From contig SIAO01000007.1 in NCBI GenBank assembly GCA_009691765.1, forward strand, positions 5,348 through 69,347: a stretch of DNA of 64,000 nt. The letters are read 5' to 3'. Under the pieces are notes generated by a model. The model ran no database searches. It was not told the origin of the DNA and saw only the letters and a program-made list of their open reading frames with translations. Below, piece after piece: positions 8,242 to 19,991 of this stretch. Both the position numbers and the translations under genes were made by a program. Position 1 is the stretch's first letter; each line of letters starts with the position of its first letter. The DNA is from Planctomycetota bacterium. Its GTDB lineage: Bacteria > Planctomycetota > GCA-002687715.

Positions 8242-10158
8242 ATGGTGAATGTGCGCAATTTCGTGAGTACAACGCTGCAGAGCAGCCTGCTGTTCTTGGT
8301 GCTCAGTGTCGCCCTATCGGCTCAGACTCCGGTCGCGATCGCAAGTGCAGCAGATGACGCGAATCCGCTGAACGCGTTGCCTGCCGACACAAAGTTCGTG
8401 CTGCGTTTCGCAGGTCTGGCGGCGCTCAGCGCAAATGCAGAAGACCTTGGCTGGCACCGACTGTGGCGTGATGAACGCATGCAGAGGGCACTGACACCAG
8501 TGCTCACGGCTTGGGACCGAAGCCTCGAAGATGTTGACCCTCAGGCCGCTCTCGTCTGGGCGCAATTCAAACCCTTCTTCGCTGCGCCCGTGGTTCTTGG
8601 ATTGTGCGGAATGCGCGAAGTGCGCTGGCATGGAGAAGTGCGCCACTGGCCCGATGCTCTGTTGTGTGTGGAAGCCGGTGCAGAAGCTGAAGCGCTGTCC
8701 GGCACGCTGCAGACGCTTGCAGGTTTCATCGGCGACGGCGACGGCGCGACGCTGCGCCGCGACACGGAACGCCACCGCGGTTGCGACATCGCCAGTTTCA
8801 TCCGCGATGACCAAGACGCCAAGTTTGAAGTTGCGATCACGACAACGCGCGGGTTGGTGCTCATCGCTCTTGATCGCGCAATGCTGCGCACTGCGCTTGA
8901 CCGTCTCGCAGATCCAACGCTCGCCAACCTGCAAAAGCACCCTGCTTTCGCCGTCACGCGGCCCAGAGCAGGAACGGTGACCGCGCTCGAGCTTTGGTGC
9001 GATCTCCCGAGCGTTCTCACACACTTCGGAGCACAGTTGCCTCAGTCGTTGCGCACCGTCCTTGCCTTGCCGTCGCTCTTCGCGGCCAAGACCATCACGC
9101 TGCACGCAAACATGGACGCAGGATGGGGCAGCACGCAAATCACCATGCGCAGCGACCCGTACGCAGTGCTCGATACAACGAGCACTACGCCTCAAACGAT
9201 GCCTGCGAGCATTCCAGCAACCGCGGTGCTGAGTGCCGGTGCTCGCTATGACCCAGCCGCATTCCAAGCGCTCCTTCATGACGCTGCGACCGCGAGTGAT
9301 TCAGTGCCCGTGCTTGCCGCTTTACGCCTGAGCGCGAACACAGCGCTCGCGGAGCTCGGCATCTCAGTGCAACAAGACATGCTGCCGGCCATCGGCCATG
9401 AAGCACTCGGTTACATCGAACTCAGCAAGCTCGCTTCTTTCCCCAACGCTGTGCTCAGCTTTGAAGGCGCCGATGTGGCAAAGCTCAGCGCGCTCTTGCA
9501 TCTCACTGTAGAAAAACTCGGCATCACCATGGAAATGCGCGGACCTCCCGAACAGGAGATCCTGCATTTCGACATGGCCGCGCTCTTCGGATTCAAACTG
9601 GAACCAGGTGCAGAGCCTCGGCCCGCCGAACGTCGTGGCGCACGTCCGATCACCGTCGCCTCCGTGGTGCAGCCCTGCTTTGCAATTCGCGGACAGCGCT
9701 CTGTTTTGGCATTGCATGAGCGTGGCATGACTGCGGCACTCGATCGCTTTCGCGCGGCTGACAGCGCTGTGACCGCGACCGCGCCGAACTTTCAGCCCGT
9801 GGACACAACTCACCCCTTCGATGCGTGGCTGCTCTTGGATGTGCAACGCCTCGTGAGTGTGCTGGTGCAACGGGCTGGCTCTGGAGTTGCATGGTTGGAC
9901 GCGACGCCCCTAGGCGAACTGCTGGCGGATGGCGCGGCGACTTCCAAGGTCCCCGAGACGCGCCTCAGTTTGAAGCAACACAGAGGTGCTCTACGCTTCG
10001 TCTGGACGGGCATCGAACTGGCCACGCTCCTCTCCATCACCTCGCGCTTGATGCTCGATGCCGATGGCGTGCCCCCCATCGCATTGACCAATCTGGCCCG
10101 CCACTGGCCCAAAGAAAGCGCCGCACCGAGCATCAAACCTCTGGGAGACAAGCGCTAA
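8242..10158 (+). CDS. Secreted hypothetical protein (638 aa).
   Basis: Start trimmed to MVNVRNFVSTTLQSSLLFLVLSVALSAQTP (signal peptide). GC3 is about 70 %. It lies immediately downstream of GT1 in the same operon. No recognisable catalytic motif. Confidence 0.6.
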   Translation: MVNVRNFVSTTLQSSLLFLVLSVALSAQTPVAIASAADDANPLNALPADTKFVLRFAGLAALSANAEDLGWHRLWRDERMQRALTPVLTAWDRSLEDVDPQAALVWAQFKPFFAAPVVLGLCGMREVRWHGEVRHWPDALLCVEAGAEAEALSGTLQTLAGFIGDGDGATLRRDTERHRGCDIASFIRDDQDAKFEVAITTTRGLVLIALDRAMLRTALDRLADPTLANLQKHPAFAVTRPRAGTVTALELWCDLPSVLTHFGAQLPQSLRTVLALPSLFAAKTITLHANMDAGWGSTQITMRSDPYAVLDTTSTTPQTMPASIPATAVLSAGARYDPAAFQALLHDAATASDSVPVLAALRLSANTALAELGISVQQDMLPAIGHEALGYIELSKLASFPNAVLSFEGADVAKLSALLHLTVEKLGITMEMRGPPEQEILHFDMAALFGFKLEPGAEPRPAERRGARPITVASVVQPCFAIRGQRSVLALHERGMTAALDRFRAADSAVTATAPNFQPVDTTHPFDAWLLLDVQRLVSVLVQRAGSGVAWLDATPLGELLADGAATSKVPETRLSLKQHRGALRFVWTGIELATLLSITSRLMLDADGVPPIALTNLARHWPKESAAPSIKPLGDKR

Positions 10159-10323
10159 GAACCGGGCCCCGCTAGGGGAACTTGGCCAGTACGACCCTTG
10201 GGATCTGCTGCTTTCTTTGGGATCCTTGAGCGCGGTCGACCCCAGTGCTGATTGTCCATGGGTTGCAGCCGCGATTGACGTTTCTTCGCGCAGGGTCAAG
10301 AGCCCACGCACGGAGTGCTGAAT

Positions 10324-12411
<2,088 letters not shown>

Positions 12412-12419
12412 GGTCATCC

Positions 12420-13124
12420 ATGAACAACAACCCCACTGAATCCAATCGTCCACTGCGCAGCTTCGAACGCGTCCTCAAAGGCGGGCTCGGCGCTGGAAAC
12501 ATCGGCGCCATTGTGTCGCCTCACGGGACAGGCAAGAACGCGATTCTCACTTCGATCGCGATAGACCATGCCATGGCTGGGCACGCCGTACTGCACATCG
12601 CAGTCGGTAAGTCGGTGAGCGATATTCGCGCCTACCACGACCAGATCCTCAGCATGATCGAGGCCAGCATCACGGCGACAGATCACGCTGAACTGCTCAC
12701 CAACGTCGAGCGCCATTCGCAGATCTACACTTTCCGCAACGGCCAGTTCGACCTCGCCAAACTCTCTCAAGTGTTGACGTTCCTTGCGCAACACGCCGAG
12801 TTTCGCCCCAAGACCATCATGTTCCAAGGCTGGCCGGAAGTTGCGAATCTGCACACCGAAGAGCTGCTGCAGCTGCGCGAGATCGCAGCGGACAACCATT
12901 GCGAAATGTGGCTGCCACTGCACACGCCGAAGGACACCACTACGGATGCTACGGGTTTGCCAGCTGGTTTCGGCACGCTGATGGAACACCTCGAAGTCGT
13001 GGTCACCCTCGGTGCCGAAGGCAAGACTGTCCCCATCCGCTTCGTGAAAGTTCACGGCGGGCCCGGCCCCACGGGCGCGCACCTCGAGTTCGATCCCACA
13101 ACCATGCTCATTCGCTGGCACTGA
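12420..13124 (+). CDS. RecA-superfamily (KaiC/RadA-like) single-domain ATPase with a degenerate P-loop.
   Basis: GAIVSPHGTGKNAILTSIAIDHAMAGHAVLHIAVGKS resembles a KaiC/RadB Walker A region but has GKN instead of GKT/S, and there is no clear Walker B. GAGG lies 6 nt before the ATG, overlapping the EF-G stop. Strong GC3. Confidence 0.55.
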   Translation: MNNNPTESNRPLRSFERVLKGGLGAGNIGAIVSPHGTGKNAILTSIAIDHAMAGHAVLHIAVGKSVSDIRAYHDQILSMIEASITATDHAELLTNVERHSQIYTFRNGQFDLAKLSQVLTFLAQHAEFRPKTIMFQGWPEVANLHTEELLQLREIAADNHCEMWLPLHTPKDTTTDATGLPAGFGTLMEHLEVVVTLGAEGKTVPIRFVKVHGGPGPTGAHLEFDPTTMLIRWH

Positions 13125-13164
13125 GCCTTGACACGGCCGCAAGCGCGGCTGAAGGAGGCCTAGC

Positions 13165-15423
13165 ATGCGCGTCACGATCATCGGTGGTGGCCCGGGCGGT
13201 TTGTTCTCCGCCATTTTGTTGCGCAAGGCCTTTCCGCAAGCACACATTCATGTGCATGAGCAGAACGGCCCGCACGATGCCTTTGGTTTCGGCGTTGTCT
13301 TCTCCGACGAAACGCTCGGACACATCGCCGCTGCAGATCCCGAGAGCTTCCGCGAGATTGAAGCGTGCTTCATTCAGTGGAAGCGCATTGAAACATGGCA
13401 CAAGGATCAGTGGATTGTGTCGGAGGGCCATGGGTTTTGCGGGCTCGAACGCCACGCCATGCTGGCCATCCTCCAGCGACGCGCAGCCGCACTCGGCGTC
13501 GAGCTGAGCTTCCACGACACGGTGAGCTCAGCGCGAGAGGCCGCCAAAGATTGCGACCTCTTGATCGCCTGTGACGGTGTGAACAGCCGTGTTCGCGAGG
13601 AACTGCGTGATGTATTTCAGCCCACTGTTGAAGCGCGCCCCTGCCGCTTCTCATGGCTTGCCGGCGACTTCGAATTGCCCGCATTCACTTTCATCTTCGC
13701 GCCGACGGTGCATGGGTTGTTCACAGTGCACGCCTACCCCTTCAAGCGCGGGCGCAGCACTTGGATCGTGGAATGTGCTGAAGACACTTGGCGCAAAGCG
13801 GGTTTCGAAGGTGCCGCTGACGAACGCACCGTGGAGCTGTGCGAAACGCTTTTCGCTCCATGGCTGAAGGGCCGCCGCCTACTCGCCAGCCGCTCCGTTT
13901 GGCGCCAGTTTCCGCAGATCAGCAACGCACACTGGCACGACGGCGATCACACGGTGCTGCTTGGCGACGCCGTTCACACCGCGCACTTCTCGATCGGCTC
14001 CGGCACGAAGCTCGCAATGGAAGACGCCATAGCTCTGCGCGACGCCATGGTGGAGGCTCACAACGCAGGGTCTGGCATCCCTCAGGCCCTCGCGAATTAC
14101 GAAGCGGCACGCCGTGGCCCAGTGGAACGCCTGCAACGCAGCGCCATCACCAGCATGGAGTGGTTCGAGAATGCCACGCGCTACACGTCGCAATCGCCCG
14201 AGGTGTTCAATTTCAATCTGATGACGCGCAGTCGACGCATCGGCTACGACAATTTGAGCAGCCGTGATCCACAGCTTGTGCGCCATGCCGTAGAACGCTG
14301 GGCGCAAGATGTTGGCGCCGCTCCTGACAGTGCCGGCAATGCCGTCCCGCCGGCCTACACACCCTTCCAGTTGCGCGGCGTCACGCTGAACAACCGCGTC
14401 GTGGTCAGCCCGATGTGCCAATACAGCGCCGTAGATGGCGTGCCTGGCGACTGGCATCTTGTGCACCTTGGCAGTCGCGCAGTTGGCGGCGCGGGTCTCG
14501 TCATCGCGGAAATGACCAATGTCGCAGCCGAAGGACGCATCAGCAAAGGCTGCTGCGGACTCTGGAACACAACGCAACGCGAGGCTTGGAAGCGCATCAC
14601 GAGTTTTGTGCGCGAGCATTCTTCAGCGCGCATGGGAATGCAACTCGCCCATGCAGGACGCAAAGGCTCTGCAGAACTGCCTTGGGTGGCGCCCGAGCAA
14701 CAATGCCGCGACGGGTGGGCCACGCTCGCACCTTCCCCCATCCCGTGGGCTGCGCACTGGAATGCTCCGCGCGAAATGAGCCGCGCAGACATGGAAAACA
14801 TTCGTGACGCTTTCGTGCGCTCCGCCGAACTCGCTGTGGAAGCGGGTTTCGATCTGGTCGAACTGCACATGGCCCATGGGTATTTGCTCTCTTCGTTCAT
14901 CACGCCACTCAGCAACCAGCGCAAGGATGCCTATGGCGGCAGTCTTGCAGGACGCATGCGCTTTCCGCTCGAAGTGTTCGACGCAGTTCGCGCCAGCCTC
15001 CCGCGCGAGATGCCCGTGAGTGTGCGCATCAGCGCTCACGACTGGCACAGCGACCCTGCATCCATCAAGACTGAGGACGCCGTGCAAATCGCGCGCCTCC
15101 TCAAAGAGCACGGCTGCGACATCGTCGATGTCTCCTCGGGCGGCACAAGCCCGCAAGGCCGACCGCAATACGGACGCATGTATCAAGTGCCGTTCGCTGA
15201 AACCGTGCGCCACGAAGCTGGCATCCCCGTCATCGCGGTGGGTGGCATCGAAAGCATCGACCAAGTCAACACGCTGGTGCTCGCTGGACGCGCCGACTTG
15301 TGCGCCATCGCGCGAGCTCATCTCGCAGACCCTTACCTCACACAGCGTGGTGCCGCAGGCGCTCGCTTTCCCGATCATCCTTGGCCTCGTCAGTACATTG
15401 CGGCGCGGCCGCGCCTCCCATGA
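13165..15423 (+). CDS. Fusion of an FAD-dependent aromatic monooxygenase with an Old Yellow Enzyme NADH:flavin oxidoreductase (the type annotated as salicylyl-CoA 5-hydroxylase/oxidoreductase).
   Basis: The N-terminus has MRVTIIGGGPGGLF (the FAD GxGxxG motif), DGVNSRVRE and GDAVHTAHFSIGSGTKLAMEDA. The C-terminal half has FTPFQLRGVTLNNRVVVSPMCQY...HLVHLG...GLVIAEMT...QLAHAGRKGS, typical of OYE / 2,4-dienoyl-CoA reductase-like TIM-barrel flavoenzymes. Confidence 0.85.
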   Translation: MRVTIIGGGPGGLFSAILLRKAFPQAHIHVHEQNGPHDAFGFGVVFSDETLGHIAAADPESFREIEACFIQWKRIETWHKDQWIVSEGHGFCGLERHAMLAILQRRAAALGVELSFHDTVSSAREAAKDCDLLIACDGVNSRVREELRDVFQPTVEARPCRFSWLAGDFELPAFTFIFAPTVHGLFTVHAYPFKRGRSTWIVECAEDTWRKAGFEGAADERTVELCETLFAPWLKGRRLLASRSVWRQFPQISNAHWHDGDHTVLLGDAVHTAHFSIGSGTKLAMEDAIALRDAMVEAHNAGSGIPQALANYEAARRGPVERLQRSAITSMEWFENATRYTSQSPEVFNFNLMTRSRRIGYDNLSSRDPQLVRHAVERWAQDVGAAPDSAGNAVPPAYTPFQLRGVTLNNRVVVSPMCQYSAVDGVPGDWHLVHLGSRAVGGAGLVIAEMTNVAAEGRISKGCCGLWNTTQREAWKRITSFVREHSSARMGMQLAHAGRKGSAELPWVAPEQQCRDGWATLAPSPIPWAAHWNAPREMSRADMENIRDAFVRSAELAVEAGFDLVELHMAHGYLLSSFITPLSNQRKDAYGGSLAGRMRFPLEVFDAVRASLPREMPVSVRISAHDWHSDPASIKTEDAVQIARLLKEHGCDIVDVSSGGTSPQGRPQYGRMYQVPFAETVRHEAGIPVIAVGGIESIDQVNTLVLAGRADLCAIARAHLADPYLTQRGAAGARFPDHPWPRQYIAARPRLP

Positions 15424-17042
15424 AAAAAACCTACCGCCCCAAAGACCGCCCCAGCGCCGCCGAGCAACGCGACTCACGCCACAGCACGCCAGGGCTACGC
15501 ATCCTGCATGAAGACGCGCAACTGCTCATCTGCGAGAAGCAAGAAGGTCTGCTCTCGGCGACACCGCCCGGCACACGCGAAATCAGCGCGTTCCGCATGT
15601 TGCAACAACGCTATGGCGCAACAGCACGCACTCCGAAAGTTTGGATCATCCACCGCCTCGACCGAGATGTCAGTGGCGTCATGGTCTTTGCCCTCGAAGA
15701 AGGGGCTTTCCGTTTCATCAAAGAAGATTTTCGTGCGCGACGCATCGAGCGTTCCTATCTCGCCCTGGTCGAAGGCAGCGTCGAAAAGGACACCGGCAGC
15801 ATTCAGAGTTTCTTGCGTGAAGATCGCTTCGGAGCCGTGCGTTCCGTGAAAGCGCCGCGACGCACTGCGAAAGCCCCGGGTCAAGACACTGACGAAGCAC
15901 GCCTCGCAGTGACACACTGGGAAGTGCTTGCTCGTGGTCGTGGGATGAGTTTGCTGCGTTTGCGCATGGAATCGGGCCGCAAGCATCAACTCCGTGTGCA
16001 ATTGAGTGAACTTGGCCATCCGATTGTTGGCGACGAGCGCTACGGCGCCAAAATGAATCCGCTGCGCCGCATCGGACTTCATGCTCACGAACTGACGCTG
16101 CGGCATCCTGCGAACGGCGCCAGCATGGCGTTCAAGAGTCCAGCACCGTCGAGCTTTTGGAATGCCGTGGGCGCAACGCCACCGAGCACTGCACCCACTT
16201 CTGCTGCACCGATTCCTGCGCCACGCAGCGTCACCCCGCCCCCCGATGTGCGGGCCAAAGCCATGAAGCGCACCACGACGGAACGCATGGACACGAACTG
16301 GGACAGCGTCGCGCCTTGGTATGCGCAACTCCTCAGTGAAGCGCGGTCCGCACCGCTCGAAGAAGTGGTGTTGCCGGGAACGCTGGCATTGTTGCAACCC
16401 CAAAAGGGCGAGCGCATTCTGGATCTCGCTTGCGGCGAAGGCACACTTGCACGACGCCTCGCAGGACTCGGCTGCGTGCTGTCGGGCGTGGACGCTTCCA
16501 AAGAACTGCTGGATACCGCCATCGCTCATGCCGATGGCATCGACTATCACTGCCTCGACGCCCGCGACCTCGCGCAATTGCAACTGCACGACATGGACGC
16601 CGTCACTTGCGTCATGGCGCTCATGAACATCGACCCTTTGGATCCTGTGATCAAGGCGCTTGCCGCCACCCTCAAAACTGGTGGCCGTTTCGTCTCGGTG
16701 ATGCTGCATCCGGCATTCCGTGCTCCAAGGCAAACCAGCTGGGGCTTGGAACGCGAACGCGATGGCACACGCCATTACCGCCGTGTGGATGGCTACCTGT
16801 CTCCCGGCCAATTCGAAATCATCATGAACCCCGGTGCCGTTGCCGGTGGCGATGCACCCATAACGACATGGACCTTCCACCGCCCGGTGCAGTGGTACGT
16901 GCGACTGTTCGCACGCTACGGTTTGCTGATTGAGGGCTTTGAAGAATGGCCCGCGGCACGCCTCGCTCGTGACGACGCCGCGATGGCGCGCCTACAACGC
17001 GAAATCCCCATGTTCCTCGCTCTTCGTGCTCGCAAGGTCTGA
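15420..17042 (+). CDS. RluA-family pseudouridine synthase fused to a class I SAM-dependent methyltransferase domain.
   Basis: The N-terminal half has IHRLDRDVSGVMVFA (the catalytic Asp motif of RluA/TruC) and KHQLRVQLSELGHPIVGDERYG. The C-terminal half has ILDLACGEGTLARRLAGLGCVLSGVDAS (SAM-binding motif I). The ATG at 15420 overlaps the upstream stop (ATGA). Confidence 0.8.
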   Translation: MKKTYRPKDRPSAAEQRDSRHSTPGLRILHEDAQLLICEKQEGLLSATPPGTREISAFRMLQQRYGATARTPKVWIIHRLDRDVSGVMVFALEEGAFRFIKEDFRARRIERSYLALVEGSVEKDTGSIQSFLREDRFGAVRSVKAPRRTAKAPGQDTDEARLAVTHWEVLARGRGMSLLRLRMESGRKHQLRVQLSELGHPIVGDERYGAKMNPLRRIGLHAHELTLRHPANGASMAFKSPAPSSFWNAVGATPPSTAPTSAAPIPAPRSVTPPPDVRAKAMKRTTTERMDTNWDSVAPWYAQLLSEARSAPLEEVVLPGTLALLQPQKGERILDLACGEGTLARRLAGLGCVLSGVDASKELLDTAIAHADGIDYHCLDARDLAQLQLHDMDAVTCVMALMNIDPLDPVIKALAATLKTGGRFVSVMLHPAFRAPRQTSWGLERERDGTRHYRRVDGYLSPGQFEIIMNPGAVAGGDAPITTWTFHRPVQWYVRLFARYGLLIEGFEEWPAARLARDDAAMARLQREIPMFLALRARKV

Positions 17043-17063
17043 GCGCAAAGCACCACCTTTGGC

Positions 17064-17372
17064 TCAGCCCCGCGTGCGTTCACGACGCACGAGGGCGCGA
17101 GATTCGCGCAGCATGGCGCTGAAGATGCGGCGGAGCGCAGCGGCGCTGAAACCGGGTCCGGGCTTGGCCGAGAAACGGCGCAGCATCGCGGATTCGCGGG
17201 CCTTGTCGAGGGTCGGGCCCTTGGAGCGAGCCTTCACGCGCCCCACGGCCTGCACCAAACGAGCACGTTGCTGCAAGGCGCGGCGCAAATCATCGTTGGC
17301 ATGGTCGATCAGCACCCGCAGCGCGTCGATGCGCGCTGTATCCAAATCCGCTTCGTGCGCTGTTCGCATTGC
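17064..17372 (-). CDS. Chorismate mutase (AroQ class), stand-alone and about 102 aa.
   Basis: MRTAHEADLDTARIDALRVLIDHANDDLRRALQQRARLVQAVGRVKARSKGPTLDKARESAMLRR matches the AroQ helix pattern (RxxIDxID...LxxR...K...V.D..RE). Start trimmed to M27 of the ORF (GGAAAGGGA upstream). Confidence 0.75.
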   Translation of the reverse strand, partial: AMRTAHEADLDTARIDALRVLIDHANDDLRRALQQRARLVQAVGRVKARSKGPTLDKARESAMLRRFSAKPGPGFSAAALRRIFSAMLRESRALVRRERTRG

Positions 17373-17386
17373 TACAGTCCCTTTCC

Positions 17387-19990
17387 ATGAATCGCAACGA
17401 CTCACGCAGCACTCCAGAAATCCTCGCCCCCGCCGGTTCGGCAGAAGCACTCTCGGCTGCGCTGCATGCGGGTGCCGATGCCGTCTATTTTGGACTTGAT
17501 GTCGGCTTCAACGCAAGGGCTAGGGCCGCAAACTTCACGACCGAAGGCCTCGCCGACACTGTACGTACCATCCACCGTGCCGGTGCGCGTGCTTATCTCG
17601 CCGTCAACACGCTCATTTACGAAGTGGAACTTGAAGCGCTCGAGCGCATCCTGCGCCACGCCGCAGCCGCCGGAGTGGACGCACTGATAGTGCAGGACCC
17701 AGCGGTGGCTCTCTTGTCTCTGCGCATCGCCCCGAGTCTTGAGATTCACGCGAGTACGCAAATGACCGTCGCGAGCGCTGAAGCGGCGCGGTTTGCTGCT
17801 GGCCTTGGTGCCACGCGCGTCGTATTGCCCCGCGAATTGTCTTTGCCACAAATCCGCCAATTCGTCGCAGAGTCACCGCTGTCAGCAGAAGTGTTCGTGC
17901 ACGGAGCGCTGTGTGTTTCTTGGAGTGGGCAGTGCCTCACTTCCGAAGTGTGGGGGCAGCGCTCTGCAAACCGTGGCCAGTGCGCGCAGTCTTGCCGCAT
18001 GCCTTACGCCGCAGTGCTTGACGGCGTCGTGAAAGACCTCGGCGATGTGCGCTACTTGCTCTCGCCTTTGGATCTCGCAGCACTGCCCCTCTTGCCGGAA
18101 CTCATGGCGCTCGGTCTCGCCGGACTGAAAATCGAAGGACGCCAAAAGGGAGCCGCTTACGTTGCCTCTGCAGTGCAAAGCTACCGCGAACACGTGGATG
18201 CCCTCGCAGCCGGCGAACACCCAGATGCCACGGCCGCACTCACGCGCATGGGGCTGACCTATTCGCGTGGATTCTCGCCGGGCTTCCTCGCGGGATCGAA
18301 TCATCAACGCTTGGTGGAAGGGCGTTTTCCCAAACACCGCGGGCTCTATGTTGGACGTGTGCGCAGCGTAGACATGGACACGGGCACTGTGAATGTCGAG
18401 CGCGACCCCAAAGGCCGCCCGTGGACTGGCGCTGCGCTTGTGAAGAACGCCGCTGACGCGCCCGTGGGCGACACCACCGTGGCCGTGCCACGAGGCGTCT
18501 ACGCCAAGAGTTCCACGGCCGATGTCATCGAGCGTGGCACTGGCATCGTGTTTGAAGACGGACACCCCGAAGATGCGTTGGAACCAGGCGGCCCTGTGTT
18601 TTCTGTACGCGAGTACCACGAAGGCTGGGACCTACGCTTCGGCCAGCCAGGCCCAGATCTGCGCCTCGTCAAGCCCGGACAACGCGTGTGGGCCACAGGA
18701 GATTCCGAGTCCACGAGCCTGACGCAATCGGCAGGCCGCGAACCGCCACGTCTTGGCGGACACCGCATCGACCTCCGAGTCAGCGGCTGCGCCGATGCTC
18801 CCATGAAAGTTCACGCGCGTTGCGCGACCGGTGAATGGGAAGTCGAAAGCACCATGCCTCTTAGTCGTGCCACCGGCGCTGGCATCGACACCGAACTGCT
18901 GCAAGACAAACTCGGATCGTTCGGCGGCTCGCTGTTCACTTTGGGCACTCTCGACAATTCGCTCCCAGCAGGGCTGCACCTCCCCGTCGGCGAAATGAAG
19001 CGCTTGCGCCGCGAATGCGTCATCGCGCTGGAACCGCTGGTCGCTGTTGGGCCACAGCACGCGGTGAATGCTGAAGCCCAACTCCCACTGCTGCACGCAG
19101 AGGCCAACGCTGCAAGGGAAACACGGGGCGTTATTGCCACTGCGCCGCAACTGATCGCGCTGGTGCGCACCTTGCCTCAGTTGGAAGCCGTCATTGAATG
19201 CGGCCACAGCGAAGTCGAACTCGATTTCATGGATTTCACGGGCCTCACCAAAGCCGTGAAGTGCGCACGCGATTCAGGTTTGAGCGTGAGCATCGCCACT
19301 GTGCGCGTACAGAAGCCCGGTGAAGAAGCCTACGACCGCCGCATCGAATCGTTGCAACCTGACAGCATCTTGGCGCGCCATCTCGGTGCAGTGATGCACT
19401 TCGCAGAACACCCGTCGCGCATTCCCGTTCACGGCGATTTCTCGCTGAACGTCACCAACTCACTCAGCGCAGAGCATTTCTTCAACCTCGGACTCGCCAC
19501 ACTCACGGCTTCCCATGACTTGGATGAAACGCAGCTCTTCGCGTTGTTGCAAGCGACTGATGCGTCGCGCATGACGGTAGTGGTGCGCCAACGCATGGCC
19601 ACTTTCCACATGGACCACTGCGTCTACGCCCACTTGCTTTCAGCCGGTCGCGATTTCAATTCCTGCGGACGCCCTTGCGATCAACACAGTCTGGCGCTTC
19701 AAGATCATCTCGGACGGCAGCATCCCGTGCTCGTAGATGTCGGCTGCCGCAACACCGTGTTCAACGCCGAAGCTCAAACCAATGCACCCATGCTGCAGCG
19801 TCTCGTGGCTGCTGGCGTGCGTCGACTGCGCTGCGAATTTGTACGCGAGAGCGGTGACGAAGTGCGCAACACTCTTCAGGCTTTCGATGAATGCTTGCAA
19901 GGACGCAGAACGAGCGACGCCCTGGTGCAAACTCTCGGCCTGAGGGTGCAACAGGGCGTGAGTCACAGCAGCATGGAACTGCTGGTCTGA
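17387..19990 (+). CDS. Long U32 family peptidase-like protein (RlhA/TrhP/YegQ family, about 868 aa).
   Basis: PEILAPAGSAEAL...GADAVYFG and GALCVSWSGQCLTSEVWGQRSANRGQCAQSCRMPY are the U32 signature and Cys-rich motif. The C-terminal extension suggests a long RlhA-like form. Start is uncertain between 17369 and 17387. Confidence 0.85.
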   Translation: MNRNDSRSTPEILAPAGSAEALSAALHAGADAVYFGLDVGFNARARAANFTTEGLADTVRTIHRAGARAYLAVNTLIYEVELEALERILRHAAAAGVDALIVQDPAVALLSLRIAPSLEIHASTQMTVASAEAARFAAGLGATRVVLPRELSLPQIRQFVAESPLSAEVFVHGALCVSWSGQCLTSEVWGQRSANRGQCAQSCRMPYAAVLDGVVKDLGDVRYLLSPLDLAALPLLPELMALGLAGLKIEGRQKGAAYVASAVQSYREHVDALAAGEHPDATAALTRMGLTYSRGFSPGFLAGSNHQRLVEGRFPKHRGLYVGRVRSVDMDTGTVNVERDPKGRPWTGAALVKNAADAPVGDTTVAVPRGVYAKSSTADVIERGTGIVFEDGHPEDALEPGGPVFSVREYHEGWDLRFGQPGPDLRLVKPGQRVWATGDSESTSLTQSAGREPPRLGGHRIDLRVSGCADAPMKVHARCATGEWEVESTMPLSRATGAGIDTELLQDKLGSFGGSLFTLGTLDNSLPAGLHLPVGEMKRLRRECVIALEPLVAVGPQHAVNAEAQLPLLHAEANAARETRGVIATAPQLIALVRTLPQLEAVIECGHSEVELDFMDFTGLTKAVKCARDSGLSVSIATVRVQKPGEEAYDRRIESLQPDSILARHLGAVMHFAEHPSRIPVHGDFSLNVTNSLSAEHFFNLGLATLTASHDLDETQLFALLQATDASRMTVVVRQRMATFHMDHCVYAHLLSAGRDFNSCGRPCDQHSLALQDHLGRQHPVLVDVGCRNTVFNAEAQTNAPMLQRLVAAGVRRLRCEFVRESGDEVRNTLQAFDECLQGRRTSDALVQTLGLRVQQGVSHSSMELLV

Positions 19991-19991
19991 C

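Noticed and set aside
8314-9279. 321-aa minus-strand ORF.
   Set aside because: It is antisense to the 8242..10158 secreted-protein gene, which has a signal peptide and a proper GC3 gradient. The antisense product is Cys/Arg-rich noise.
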